Below, piece by piece: positions 44,654 to 58,274 of a stretch of DNA of 64,000 nucleotides. The stretch's first letter is position 1, and every line of letters starts with the position of its first letter. The notes below the pieces were generated by a model. It made no database searches and was not told the origin of the DNA. It saw only the letters and a list, made by a program, of their open reading frames with translations. The position numbers and the translations under genes are program-made. Source of the DNA: Chlorokybus atmophyticus. Lineage: Eukaryota > Plantae > Mesostigma and Chlorokybus algae. Location: contig RHPI01002503.1 of NCBI GenBank assembly GCA_009103225.1, positions 1,303,206 through 1,367,205 of the forward strand, given 5' to 3'.

Positions 44654-45318
44654 AGACTCTGAGCTCGACTTGCTTAAGCATGATGACGTGAGGTGAATGT
44701 TGCATGTCGAGGCCGTCGATCAAGCCACAGAGTAGGTTGATATGCTAATTACAAGGAGGTGCGTTGTTGTTTGTGCGCATGCAGAGTTGCGCGTTTGATG
44801 TTGGCCGCCATGACAGGTGAAGTGGGAACGTAAGCACCGGATGGTTGGAGTATGGCACTTTGTTCTGGAAGCACGCGCTGGACCAAGAGTTTGCACTCAT
44901 GGAGGACACTGCTCATGTGCATGGCATGTCTGTAAATTAAGTTAAGCGGCATATCGAGTATGCAAGCTACCTAAGAGTTCAATGCTTGTTTGCTTGCAGT
45001 ATGTTTTGCAAACGAGGCGAGTAGAGCACAAGCAATGATAGAACTTGCGAAATTGTTTTGTTATGGCTTGCAACTACGATGCCATATGGGCACGCATGTC
45101 GTTGTGAGTCACAACTTGTGACATCAATCACTGTAGGAGACATGTATACACATACGTCAACAACAACTTTTGCACGGGTGACCCGGTTGGGGAGCAGCAG
45201 CAAGCAGTGGCGACAAACAATAATGCGCAAACAAAAGGCAATGCCAGTAGTGTACCATGCCAGTAGTCTATGAGCGGGTGCTTGGCTGCTACGCACACGC
45301 TCCCACCCGACCTGCAGA

Positions 45319-45369
45319 GTCTATTCGACTCGGTGATACGTGTGACACGTATCACCGAGTCGGATAGAC
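45319..45369. repeat. Near-perfect palindrome (25-bp arms, 1-nt centre)
   Basis: CGACTCGGTGATACGTGT-G-ACACGTATCACCGAGTCG is perfect over 18 bp and extends to 25 bp with one mismatch. Confidence 0.95.
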
Positions 45370-45472
45370 ACACGCCGGCGCTTCAACAACTGGAGGTTAA
45401 TGTCTGGATGTGCTCATCCACTGCAACATCAAGATCTTCCCACCTGTGTGTCGACTGCTATACAGAGGTGGG

Positions 45473-45863
<391 letters not shown>

Positions 45864-46657
45864 NCAAAGCGACCGGCAAAGCCACCTGCAACTCGCCATG
45901 TACACCACCCTACATTCACCACACACCTCAGTCGGTGGTCCACTCTCACAGTCAGACGTGCAGTTGCAAAGCAATGCGTCATGTGGCTCGGGCTACCATG
46001 CGGCGACGCACTTGGCCACACACGATGAGTAGAGATAGCCCCGGCGGTGCCGGCATGCTGCAGATTTATACAGGGGTGAGGGCGTGTATGTGTGTGGTTG
46101 TGCAAAGCATGTGTCAATGAGTAGTCGTGTACACTGCGGAAACACACAAGGTGTTGAAATGACTCAATGGCAGTGCATGGTCAATGCCCCTCAAGGTCTT
46201 TGTAGATTCCTTGTGCGTCCGGCTAGGTGCAGCACAATAAATCTACAAAGTTATATGCATCTTTGCGGACGCAGCACAAGGATTGGCTTGTAGCAGCGTG
46301 CATGAGCCTGCTGCATGCTGTGTGGTTTGTGTGAGGTGTCTGGTAGTGAGCGACTGGCGCTTTGTGAAAGCAATGTGCTCGCCTAAAATAGTTACTTGCG
46401 TACATATGATCTAGCAAGCATTTGAACTTCATGGTTAAACCGGTGTACAATATACTTAGGCGTTATTGCTGCATGTGCATTGCATTGCAAATCTTTTCCA
46501 AACAACTGCACACCACAGGCAGCACATATAGGGTCCATATATCAACTCCTGCATGCATTGCAAAACTATGGTCAATATGTGGCAGCGTGCGGGCAAAGGA
46601 TGCATACACATGGCATCCATTCTTGTATGTGGCTGCAGCGTTTTGTCACTGCAATGA

Positions 46658-49561
46658 TCACCAGTCACCCAAGTTGAAGGTATTCATGATATGGTCTTGA
46701 ACGTCAAGAAGAAAATTGATGGATTCCTCAGCCCTGGCCCACACATTGTCCTGCCACGACCTTTGTAAGTCCGGGTGGGACGTGATTCTGGCCTTCCTGA
46801 TTGCTGCTGTAACCTGATAAGTAAGAATTCTGTAAGCACCTGCCTCGCCTAGCAGCAACCACATTCATGCATGGCCACAATCATTGCATCTGGTAAACAT
46901 AGCTGTGCAGCAAGGGGCTTCCTTGACACCTCTGCTGCTAAGTAGGTTCATGACCCAGCTCAACATTCACACCCAGTCGCCTCAAAACGCGATCCAAGAT
47001 TTACAACTTGGCTTCAGCTATCTGCTTAAGCTCTTCACGATGGCGCCTGCGCAGCTCTGCAATTTGCTCTTGCTGGTCTGCCATCTGCATTACAAGGCGG
47101 ATTGGGAAGTGCCTCAAAGCAATGCACGGTGCAAGTGGATTCGCTTCTATTTACCAGCCTCATTGGTACGTTGGCAAAAAGCCAACAATGCCTGTGCCTG
47201 ACGCTGTTTTAACATGGTGGCGCACAAAAGCATCTTTCCTGCTAAATGAGCAGCGGAGCCATGGCTGTGACTGTGTCCGCATGTTGCTGCTGTTGGTGCC
47301 GGACATGCTTCACTAGCTCAGGGAACTTGTCGCCTTGCGGCTGGTGACACGCGTGTGCAAACTGCACACGCGTGGCAAATCTTCTGTGCCGCCAAGCTGG
47401 GTGAGCGTGTTCCCTCTTGAGGTCCGCATGCCACACCTGATGCTGGTAATTGTGATGCACTTGTCGCTCCTCTTGCAAGCTCTGCTTGCACAAGACCCAG
47501 CTGCACCAAGCGCTCGTGTGCCACATTTGACTGTCCCCCCAACACACACACGAAAGCACAGGCTCAGAAACCCACAACTGAATGCACCTGCGCATGCGCA
47601 GTGAGCACGCACAACACTCACAAGGTGGCGAACATGTCATCAAGGTTTACAAGGCTACCAGGGACCTCCAGCCAAAAACGCTTAGCCTTGTTGCGGTATT
47701 TGGGATCAGCACAACGGCCTTTTGGTGCTCGGAGCTTGTCAACCCCAATGAGCGTGGCAAAGCCAGGGCTTCCTACAAAGCTGCCATCCGGCCGGCACGG
47801 GAGCAGCTTGCTGGTTCCAGACTCTCTCCGCATGACGAACGGCTCAAATTTTTTCATCCACCCGTAAAACCCAGAACTTGCAGCCTTCTGGCAGATACCC
47901 GTAACCTACCGTAGACCTAAACTTCCTGTTCTGAACAGCTACACCAGGCTTGATAACCTGTGGTGGTCAGGGCATGGTTGGCAAAAGCAATGAGAGTGCA
48001 AAGGGGAAACACACGTGTGACCTACACAGCGCACTCCATCTTCCGTCTTGTGCATTCAACACACCAATCGGAAGGGGAAGCCTCAACAAGCAAAACGGTC
48101 TGGGCTGTGCTCTGAGCAGGCTGCATACTGGATGCTGCTTTGCACATGTCTAGTTGCTGCAGGCGGTCTGTCAGGCACTCAGGTTATATGGACTGATCCT
48201 TCTCACTTTGCTCTTGCATGATGTCCATGTGTGCTGCTGCCACCTACGATGCATAGGGCACATAAGTACCAACACTTTCAGGTTGTTAAATTGCGACCAA
48301 CAACATGTTACATACAAATAGCAACATCAAGACAACCTACAGACGACCTTGCCACAACACTGCCACACTGGGAGTGGCTGTTCGTTTGACAACATTCAAC
48401 TGACACTTGCCTGGGTTGTCACTTCTGAAATCTCCTTTGTTCTGCGCTTCAACTGGTTGCCGCGCTCTGCTGCTGCTGCATCGCACTGGACTGGTGTGCC
48501 ACGCAAATATCGTCTACACACATCGCCACAACTGACGCTATGCAAACAGTGGCGCCATTGTTTCGCTAGCACCAGGTTGATTGTCATAGTGCAAAGCGTC
48601 AATGCGCAGGAGCGATGCGCATTGAGCCTGTGCGTTCAGTTGCGGTCGTTGTGTCTCATGTAATGACCACCTGGGTAAGCACGTCTGCAGCCCATTGACA
48701 CACGTGTGCACCTTGAATTGCTGCTCTTGCTTTGCGCTGGCCCAGAGTTGGTGATTTCCTGCAGCAGACCCTTCCTCTCCTCATCGTGCTGGTTGATGAG
48801 CTTCCTCGGCTGCTTGGTGTGCTTCTTGCTTCCAAGCTCCTGAAACAATAAAAACTGCATACACGGTTGTGCTGATGGGCACACTGTCAGCAGTGACACT
48901 TGCTGATAAGATGCTCACAAATGGGACAAGCTGCAAGGGCAACCAGAGTTGTTAGTACAGTACAGACGATCCCGATACTTCACTCCCAACTTACAACTGC
49001 AGCTGACTGATCGCCTACGCTACTTGTAGTTACTCAAGTGCACAGCATGGTGTTGTACCAAGGTTGACAGCTCGCAACAAACCGCCATTGCAAACAAGTT
49101 TGACTGCCTCCCTTGATGCATGAACATGTTAATATGCATGTACACAGCACATACCAAACATAGGCAAGAATCTGTGCAGGCCATAACGCAGAAACGCTAA
49201 CAATGTAGATCTGTACATGGTAGGGCCGGAGAGTGTATGCACCCAGAACAGCATGCTGAAAAGCATAGCAGAGTGTACTGATAACAGCACATGGGTGCTT
49301 AAACATGACAAAAGCTCTTGCTGAACTTGCTCGTTAAGAAACTTCTACCATACGTGCACTGCAGCGAACCTCTGTTGTGGCTGCGCCATCCCTATTCGGC
49401 TGCTGCCGCAGCAAGCTGCCGTCGCCAGCCTGATCCACGGCGTCTTCAGCAGCGGCCTTTGCGTCTGATGCTTATTCAGCTGCTGGCGGGCGGCGCTTCT
49501 GAGCCAACTGTCCTCCTGCTCCTCTTCCTCTTCCTCGCCCTCGCCCTCCTTCAGCGCCCAT
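46658..49561 (-). pseudogene. Multi-exon coiled-coil protein with C-terminal J-domain-like region, copy 2 (disabled)
   Basis: MGAEGGRGRGRGRG..AAE* (TAA at 49472-49474) and FVMRRESGTSKLL..CADPKYRNKAKRFWLEVPG. The C-terminal exons give ILDRVLRRLGVNVELGHEP..VTAAIRKARITSHPDLQ..AEESINFL, with an HPD motif. Confidence 0.6.
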
Positions 49562-50092
49562 CGCGGCTACAACCAACGCTCAGGATCTCATCGACAAAGT
49601 AAGAAAGCTCGCTGCTTGGCTGTACATAAGCTTGGTAGCCCCTACTCAGCAGCGCCACCCGTCCCCCACGATGACAACAACAGCAACGGCCCCCCTTTTT
49701 CCAACAAGCACTCGCTCGCTCGCATGCATGCGCTTTGGCTGCAATGAGCATCAATTGAGTTACGCAAGCGCAAACGGCTGTTTGGCGCCAGCATCTGCCC
49801 TTTCGCAGTGGTCCGCCCGCCGCCACGCCGCGCGACGCTGCTTCGTGTTCCGTTAATGACGTAACGTGGGCATGTAGCACGTTCAAACCACTGTGACGCG
49901 AGTGTGAAAGGGTGCACTACCCCAAAAAGCGACGCGCGCTGCGGGGCAGCACTAAACAGCCGCGGGCGGGCAGGCGCGGGGACAGAGACATACATACAGC
50001 AGGATAGGAATGCTGACAGCTTGTATGTTACAGCGGATGCATGTTCTGGAGGGGTTTGAACATACGACCAGCACAACGGATGCGTGTGTGTG

Positions 50093-50123
<31 letters not shown>

Positions 50124-50883
50124 ATGCGTGCGTGCGTGTGCACGTGCGCTGCACACGCAGGCAACACCGCTAATCTTTCATAGCACTGCGCATAGCGCAC
50201 ACACACGCACACCAACTGAGGGACACAGGCGGCGGCAGCTGCACATAGAAGCAGATACACACACAGGCAGGTTGGTGGGCTAGTAGCAGGCACGCACGGG
50301 GTCGTTGATGAGCAAAACGCTGTTGTGAGGGTGACTGTGTATGCATCTCCGTCAAATGTCTTGTCGGAAAAAGGTTTGCTTGTGTCCCTTATGCTAGATT
50401 AGTAGCAACAACAGCAGTACTGCCTGCCTGCAGCATATCACGCATGAAAATGTGCTGAAGAACAGCTGATCTTTTCACTTGTGCATGCCATAACTGCTGG
50501 GCCAAATTGATATGTAAAACCACAGTGCATTGCAGGCACACACACACACGCATGCGCGCACACACATGCACGTGTATGCTTGCGTTGGTCCTGCGACTGT
50601 GAGGAACACGTTCTTGTTAGATTCCAGTATAGCAAAGCAGCATTCCTCAGACTTATTCCAGCCACACGCAAACCTTGAGCCTATGCAATTGAGTTGCGTC
50701 GAACTCTTTTGTGCCCTGTTGTGGGTGCAGGGCTTCCGTTGCATGTGCTGATTGTATTAATGTTGCTGTACATGCGCGCCAGTGAGGTTGTGAGCCAGCG
50801 AGGCTGTTGGGCTGGACTGTGTATGCTGTGCGCATCCAAACACGCATGACGCTTTCGTTCCTTAATGCAGAGCAAACAACGCC

Positions 50884-51108
50884 GTGTCATCAACACGCCT
50901 GCCCGGAGAAGCAATGACGTGTTATGGTCATTGCAGCTGGGATAGCATGAGCAAATCAGCGAAAATCAGCATCATTGTGACTGTTGTAATCTTTGGCACT
51001 ATTGTGCTAGCGCTGCTCATCCAGTGCTGCCGCTTAGACGGTGATGACCCCAGACGAAAAAGGGTGTGTGCCAATGTCGTTGCCAAAGCTGTTGTTGCTG
51101 TTCATTGA
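50884..51108 (+). other. Exon/ORF for a small single-TM segment followed by CC; paralogous remnants at ~29017-29472 (-) and ~33221-33451 (-)
   Basis: KISIIVTVVIFGTIVLALLIQCCRLDGDDPRRKRVCANVVAKAVVAV. The paralogous ORFs read FVCVVFIAVTTSGVTAYYYIYKMCCTPTDDHRRR and KVCADVVVRAVVAV. Confidence 0.35.
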
Positions 51109-53972
51109 AGTATATGCCCTGACCAACACTCTGGTGAGTGTGAGACCTTGCATGGGCGCCTAGCATTGTGTGTATTGGTTACTGTTGTGCGCAGAGTACC
51201 ACCTGACCAGCATTAAGAGTGGGTTGATGCATACTGTGCTGATACAATGTGCACATACGTCAGTCACTTCATTGTCAGCTTCACACCGTTGACAAACATA
51301 CTTGCATGACACGGACACCTCATTGCTTGAAAGGCACCCACCTCTGTAAACTACTGCCGCATTGACCACCATCACCGTGTTGGAAGTGGAAGGCTTCCAC
51401 TTCTGGTCTTCACGACTGGAGCACAACTACCAGGTAAGGTGGCGTTACATCTCAGCGCAGCAGCTGTGTATGTCATGCAATGTGCTGAAGAACAATTGAA
51501 GCAGAGCTCGAACCGCCAGCATACGCCAAAAAAGGAGTGAAGGTTCGATCCCATGGACTCCATTCCCCCCTGTGTGATGCCATTGTGCCGGTTGGCAACC
51601 AGCGTGCCTCGAGCAATTGACCTTATGACACGTTGGTACGCACATGGTGCAGCCCATTCGCTACATGCTCTCGTGCTCCACACATGCATGCGTATGCAAG
51701 TGTGCATAACACATGCTTCGCGCAGCCACACACGCACGTGCGCTCACCCATGTGTAAGTATGCAGCATGCCACCATCGGACCGGTGTGTGTCCCCAGGTT
51801 TGTCTGCATGCGAGCCCGAGCCACAGGACGCATTGCCTACTGCGCGTGTAACTGTGAGGTGGAACCAGTGAGTGAGGTGTGTGGTGGATGTAGGTGGTGT
51901 ACATAACACGCCAATTCTACCTGGTGAACTTTTTAAGGTGTAGTACGTCTGTTCCTTTCCTATAGCTAGCTAGCTCAGCTGGGCCCCCACATTCGCGCAG
52001 CTACATCTTTCACCAGTCGTGATGGCGATCTCAGCTTTTCCAGCAGGAGAGCCCGGGCAGCGAGTTGCAGTGCAGGTGGCTTTGCCGGTTGCTATGGATG
52101 CCAATATTGGGTTGCGCTCCATTGCGCTACATGCGCCAGTGGCCTACACGGGGGTGGGGTCCTGTAGCATCAGTGCTAAAGCTACAAAGGCACCTTGCTT
52201 CTGCAGATAGCGAGTTGCCAGTGGTTGCTGCAGTTGATCTTCCCTTCAGCGGGCGTTGTCGGAGCTCGCGAAAAGGGCGAGACTTCCCATCTCTCTACAG
52301 CAGTCAGTGCCTGACTTGCTAACACTGGCACACACAGGAAGGAGGAACATGCAGGAGGACCCTGGTGTGGCACTGTGTGTGCGCGCAAATCTTCACGACA
52401 GCCTTGGTTGAAGCGCCGGCGCGTGATCTGCACCGGATAGACTCTAGAGCTGGCGTGGGAGCGTGTGTGTGGCCGAGCACCCACTTAGACTTATGGAACC
52501 GCCTTTGCACCGCATTACTGTTTGTCGCCTGTTGTGTTTTGGCGCTTCCGCGCCACCCGCTTGGGTGCTTCGCTCCACGATGAAGCAATCATGATGCATA
52601 CGCCGCACAAGCCCGGTGAGGCGGGGGCACACTTTGCTTTGACCTGTGCGGGTACGCATGCACAGGTCTTGCATGTAAGCCTGCATGCGTGTGTGCGCGC
52701 ATGCGTGTGCACCAGTGTGCTCATACTATCCTCACGTAGTATGTGAGGTCACACAGTACTTTTCATAAAAACAGCCACGAACCAACCTGGTTGAACAACA
52801 CTCACTTGGGTCAATGGCAATGTTGACAATCGTAGTCCGCTTCGGTGGTTTGCCAATTTTGCCGCCTATATACTTGCTGATAATGCTCAATGTTGTCATC
52901 GCTTGTATGATACATCCTCGCTTACTCTGCAAACCACAGACACACCCAACAACTTAAGCTGACATGTTGTGCACACACACCTTCCTTGAGTGAGAGCGGT
53001 TGGTTTGCTTTTAGGTTGGCTGGTGCTTGGTAAGATGGTTGGGCTGTGCTTGTCAGCTTACTTGCTGGTTGGTGGTTGTGTTGCTGTATGTGTGCCGGAT
53101 GGTATGCTCTGTGCTGGCCCTGCATGTAAGGGTGACACGTGTCCAGCGTGCATGCTACTGACAGTCTGTCAATTTCTAAACTTACAGATATGCACATGCA
53201 CTGACAGGCGCGCACGCATGCAGACTGCTTGTGCAGAAGAATCTCTCTGTCACGCGCCGTGTTTGCTAACGTCAAACTTCGTCACTCCTCCAAGCTCAGC
53301 AAGCTGATCACCACTCCGCATTGTGACCACTTCCTTCCTCCGCCTCGTCGTCCTCCTCCCACTCACTCGTCGCTCAGCTCCGCTTCAAGCAACGAAGCAA
53401 TTTGTCAAGCGGCGCTGGACTCTTGTCTTGTTGCTCTGTCTTGAATCTCTCGCCCTCCTCCTGTTTGTAATCCGGAAGCGTAGCAGCCTAGTCAGTGGCG
53501 TAGCATAGCGAGTGGGGCGGCGGCGGGGCGGTGGAGGCGGTGGAGGCGGCGGATGACGACAGAGTGGTCGTGGACAGGCAGAGGCAGGGACGACAAGGAG
53601 GAATCCAGCCAACAGACAAGCGGCGGCAGTCCCTGAGTCCCACCCGGTAAGGTAAGCACCACTGTAGATGTGACGTGCAGGGAGAGAGAGAAGAAGTAAG
53701 GTGAGCGACGGGGCAACTTGTTTGCGTGGTGCAGGCGCTGTGTGGTTCAAGAGGAAGGCTGTGTATGTGTGCCGCTGGTTGTTAGTCGCGTCAAGTCCCG
53801 CATGTACTGTATGCCGCTTGCTGAGGCTTGGGTCCTGTGCGTGGTTAGGGTCGGGGTTTGCAGACAGCAGAGGTAGCCCACTGTGTACACATGGCCATGC
53901 TTGCTGCCTGATGAATACCTCAACCCAGACGCATTCCTCTCTGCGATGGCACAGGCAGGGTCACGTCAGGGT

Positions 53973-54153
53973 NNNNNNNNNNNNNNNNNNNNNNNNNNNN
54001 NNNNNNNNNNNNNNNNNNNNNNNNNNNNNNNNNNNNNNNNNNNNNNNNNNNNNNNNNNNNNNNNNNNNNNNNNNNNNNNNNNNNNNNNNNNNNNNNNNNN
54101 NNNNNNNNNNNNNNNNNNNNNNNNNNNNNNNNNNNNNNNNNNNNNNNNNNNNN
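53973..54153. other. Assembly gap (N run)
   Basis: Run of N followed by a G-run. Confidence 0.98.
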
Positions 54154-54377
54154 NGGGGGGGTATACAACTAGCATGACGTCTTTGCCGTGTACTGCATTC
54201 CTGTGCGTTTGTTGGCGCTCATTTGCAGTACAAATAGTGCTATTCCCATTATCACGTTCGCCTTCCCTGTGCATTTGCGGTGGCTTGTGTCAACATGCAT
54301 TGTTTCAAATAGGAGTTATGCGCGTGTTAGCATACAACTAGTCGGCATGGTGGCCATTGCATGCATTAACATGCAAC

Positions 54378-54646
<269 letters not shown>

Positions 54647-54762
54647 TGTGTGTGCATGACGGAATTGGCAGCAGTCATCCCGCATTCTTGATCTCTGAGC
54701 AAGAGACAAAGTGAGCGTGTTCAGTGTGCAGGCAGCTGCTCCCCCCGGACGCGCGTGCAGTC

Positions 54763-56858
54763 ATGACTTCGTCTGCGTGTGTGATGCTGCCAGCATCAGT
54801 CTCTGGCAAGAGGCCTCTCGAATCTGTTTCCTCGGCTGTCCTTCCGCAACAGCGACAGCGACTACGGCAAGGACGCCAAGCCCGTGCGCGCTTTACCACT
54901 CGTCGTGCAGCAACTGTTCAAGCAACTGCTTCACCCAGCGGCACCACAGAAGGGGGGGATACCATGCCTTTCACTGGTAGGCATTGCAGATTGCGTCTGA
55001 ACACCTGCCTGGCCTGTTCATCTGCCAAGTGATGCTATCTGCATGCATCTAGACAAGACACGTTGCCACATGCCATGCAATGCCATGCCGTGATTAGTGA
55101 CCCCATTACTGCAGGAGATAATTTCTCGGAAGACTTGTTCAACCGCGAGTACGAGCTGGAGCAGCTGGAACTATTGTGCAGCGCTGTCCCAACGTCAATT
55201 TCTGTAATCCACGGCCCGCGCGCCTGCGGCAAGACAAAGATTATGAAGGCGTTTGTTCAGCAGAGGGGCCTGGAGGGTACCCGCTGCTACGTGGACTGCA
55301 GAGAATTTGCTGTGACAACGCCTTGCGATTTCGCCTATGCTTTGCTGAGAATCCCTGTGCCAACTTTTGGTCTGCAACTGCCAGCAAAAACCCTCTCCGC
55401 ATTGGCCGAAAAGACTGTCCAGGTTGTGGGGAAGATCGTGTTCAACTCTCTCACTGCAGCGGTCACTGAAAAGACAGGCGGTGCGACATATGGCATCAAG
55501 CTGGACGAAGTGCTCAGAGGAATCATGAAGCAAATCGGTAGCTTGTCTGAGACCGCTGATCGCCCATTGGAGGCCCAACCCATCTCCCTGCAAGTGGCTC
55601 TAGATGCGCTCACCGCCATCCTAGAGGAGTGGCGAAAGGCACGTACGGCAACAGACACGAAATCGGCAGCAGCTCACCAGATTCCTGTCCTCGTCATTGA
55701 CGAGGCGAATGCCCTTACGGCATGGTCTCGTCACCACCCCGAGAATTTCGACCAGCTGCTCAGGTTCCTTGTGCGTGTCACAAGACAAGAAGGACAATGC
55801 CACGTCATACTTGTGACCTCAGAGTACGGATTTATCAAAAGGCTTGGGCAAAGTAAGTGACATGTCCGCATAATTGCGGCAATGTGGCAACCCTGCGTAT
55901 GTTTGTCGCTGTATGGAGCTTAGCAGGCAATTTGAGTAGGCCACATTGGGTCTCGAGGATATGCCTGGTGTCTAGTACTATTGTGACTGCTGTTGAATAC
56001 CAAGACTGTGTTATTGGGTGACTACAAAATTCACGTCACTTCGGACAGTTTGGCTGATGCATGCATGGCGTGTCTGCAGGACTAGGCGCGCTTGACATTC
56101 GGCCTTACTCGATAGGCGAGTTCGTGGAAGGGGACGCGAGACAATATTTTGCGCGGCAGATGCAGCTGAGCAGTCACAGCGAAGTCCTGACGGACGATGA
56201 GTGGACCACCGTATATAAGGTGTGTACCTTGCACATGTTCAATCGTGCATTGCTTTCATCTCATGTTTGCGAATGGATGTCTGCTGATGGTAGTGTATGT
56301 TTACAGGCATGTGGTGGACACGCAGCTTTGCTGAAAAGTCTCGCTGTTCAGTACATGCAAAGCGGGTCATGGCAGGAAGGTAAGTGTATTAACAATCGCA
56401 CAAGTGTTGAAGGGGGTTATGGGGTATGTTGTTTGGTTCAGTGTTTGAACGCATTGCAGCAACTTTGACTGAACAGTTGTCGGTTCTTTGCGGTGATTTA
56501 AGTGGTTCGTTACTGCGCAGCTGTGGGGTTGACTGTTGCTCGCATCTGGTACGAGGTTGAAGATGGGTTCACGGCTGATGGAGTGAATCCAGAGTATACT
56601 GAAGGGCAATACGAGTGGGCTATCGGGGTGATTGTGAGGTCCCTGTATGGAGCCGTGCCGCTCAGAGACTTCAGGAGGAAAGTAGGAAACACTGCATTCC
56701 ATGGGATGGTTGCAAGAAACCTGCTTGGAGTCCGAGCTTCTTACGCGTGGTCGCGCGACATCAACCGAGCTGCCTTCACCCGCCATGGGCGTGACGAAGC
56801 TGTCGTGACCGCGCCAACATCAGCGCATCTGGCTGTCATGCGCCAAGTTGAAGCGTGA
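54763..56858 (+). CDS. Archaeal-type (ATPase_2-like) AAA+/P-loop ATPase with a putative plastid transit peptide, copy 2; 5 exons, apparently intact
   Basis: Exon 1 MTSSACVMLPASVSGKRP..RARFTTRRAATVQATAS is S/T/R/A-rich. Exon 2 has LFNREYELEQL, GPRACGKT, VLVIDEAN and HVILVTSE. Later exons give YSIGEF, ACGGHAALL and VVTAPTSAHLAVMRQVEA*. GT-AG junctions are in phase. Confidence 0.82.
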
Positions 56859-57889
56859 TGCTAGCGCTTGGCGGGCTGATGGCGTGAGTGTGATTGAGCA
56901 TGTGGTTGGTGGTGGAATGTTGGGAAGTGCTTTGGATAAGTGCTGATGTGCAAATATGGTGCAGGTGCGGGGGGCGAATGGGCGCTCGACTGAAGACAAT
57001 ACTAGTTGGCACTAAGGATTGCGAGAGCAATGCGTCCTTGCAGAATAAGCTCCCCATGGAACATATTGCTATGGAATATGCAACAAAAGCGATGAGGGTG
57101 CTTGTCACTGCGTGATGTAGGCTGTTTGTGGATGTTTGTGTGCTTATTGCTTGTATAGTAGAGCCGGTTTAGTGTGTGAGTGTTGATGGCGGTCGTGCAT
57201 GCAACGTGTATTCGGTGCTAACTTATACCCTTCAACATATTGTGGAGATTGTCATAGTGTGCGTGAAGCAATAGCAACAATATGATGTAGTGTTATACTA
57301 ACTCATCAATGCATGACATGTCGCGAGATCAAGGGTGGGGAGTATGAGCACATGCGTCGATTGCAGTGGCATAAATGTGCTAACAACCATCCAATCGGCA
57401 ATATACATTTACGACCATGAGATCACAAGGTAGTTGCCATGCTCATGTGCAGTAGTAGTGGCTATAGTCATGTACATGCGTGCGCGTGTACAATGCAAAA
57501 TACAAATGCTCATGCATAATACAATGCAACACGTGCGTGTGTACAGTAACTATTATGTACAATTGCATGTCTCATACCGTATACAGCTTTCCGCTCTGAT
57601 TATCAAAGTACATGGTGTACAAAAAATGCAGCATGCATAGCGTGCATGCATGCTGCATCTTCAAGTCAACAAACACGCACGACATCAGCAAGCATGCAAA
57701 TGTCCAGCAAACGGCACACCCATGCACGTCGCAAAATGTTTCCCCTGCCGGCCGATTAAATACTGGTGCCATTGTACCGGCCGTGCACTTGAGAATACTC
57801 ATTTGGACTGTCGTGGCTTAGTCCACCTGTAATCTCGATATACAGAGACCTGAGTACAACGGCCGTCCCCGGTCGTTTACACAAAAAGA

Positions 57890-58110
57890 CTTACCTAGAC
57901 GGACAGGTACCTGTCAGGTGTCAGGTACTTATCAGTCAAGCAAAAGGGACTTGATCTAAACAACCGGTACCTGTAAGATACCTATCAGTCAAGCAAAGGT
58001 ACCTTAGCCTAACTAACAGGTATTTGACCAGTACTTATCAGTTAGGTACCGGCAACTTTATGGTAACTGTCCCTAACTGCCAGATACCTAGTTATGACTA
58101 ACGGTACCTT
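57890..58110. repeat. Degenerate short-repeat array rich in GGTACC / GTAC(C/T)TATCAGT
   Basis: GTACTTATCAGTCAAGCAAA and ATACCTATCAGTCAAGCAAA recur, with several GGTACC palindromes. Confidence 0.55.
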
Positions 58111-58274
58111 ACAGCACCGTCAGTGATGATGTGTAGGTATCGCGTTTGTGTGACATTGACTGTGCAAGACGGCAATCACATATCAGCATGTCGCACATGG
58201 AGGTTTTGTCAATTTTACCGCATTTCACGATTTCGTTCAACATTTGAAGTCATCCCACAGCTGTTTAGTTACTA

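Noticed and set aside
45319-45380. Helitron 3' terminal hairpin
   Set aside because: The stem is longer than typical, no CTRR follows at the expected distance, and no Rep/helicase is seen.
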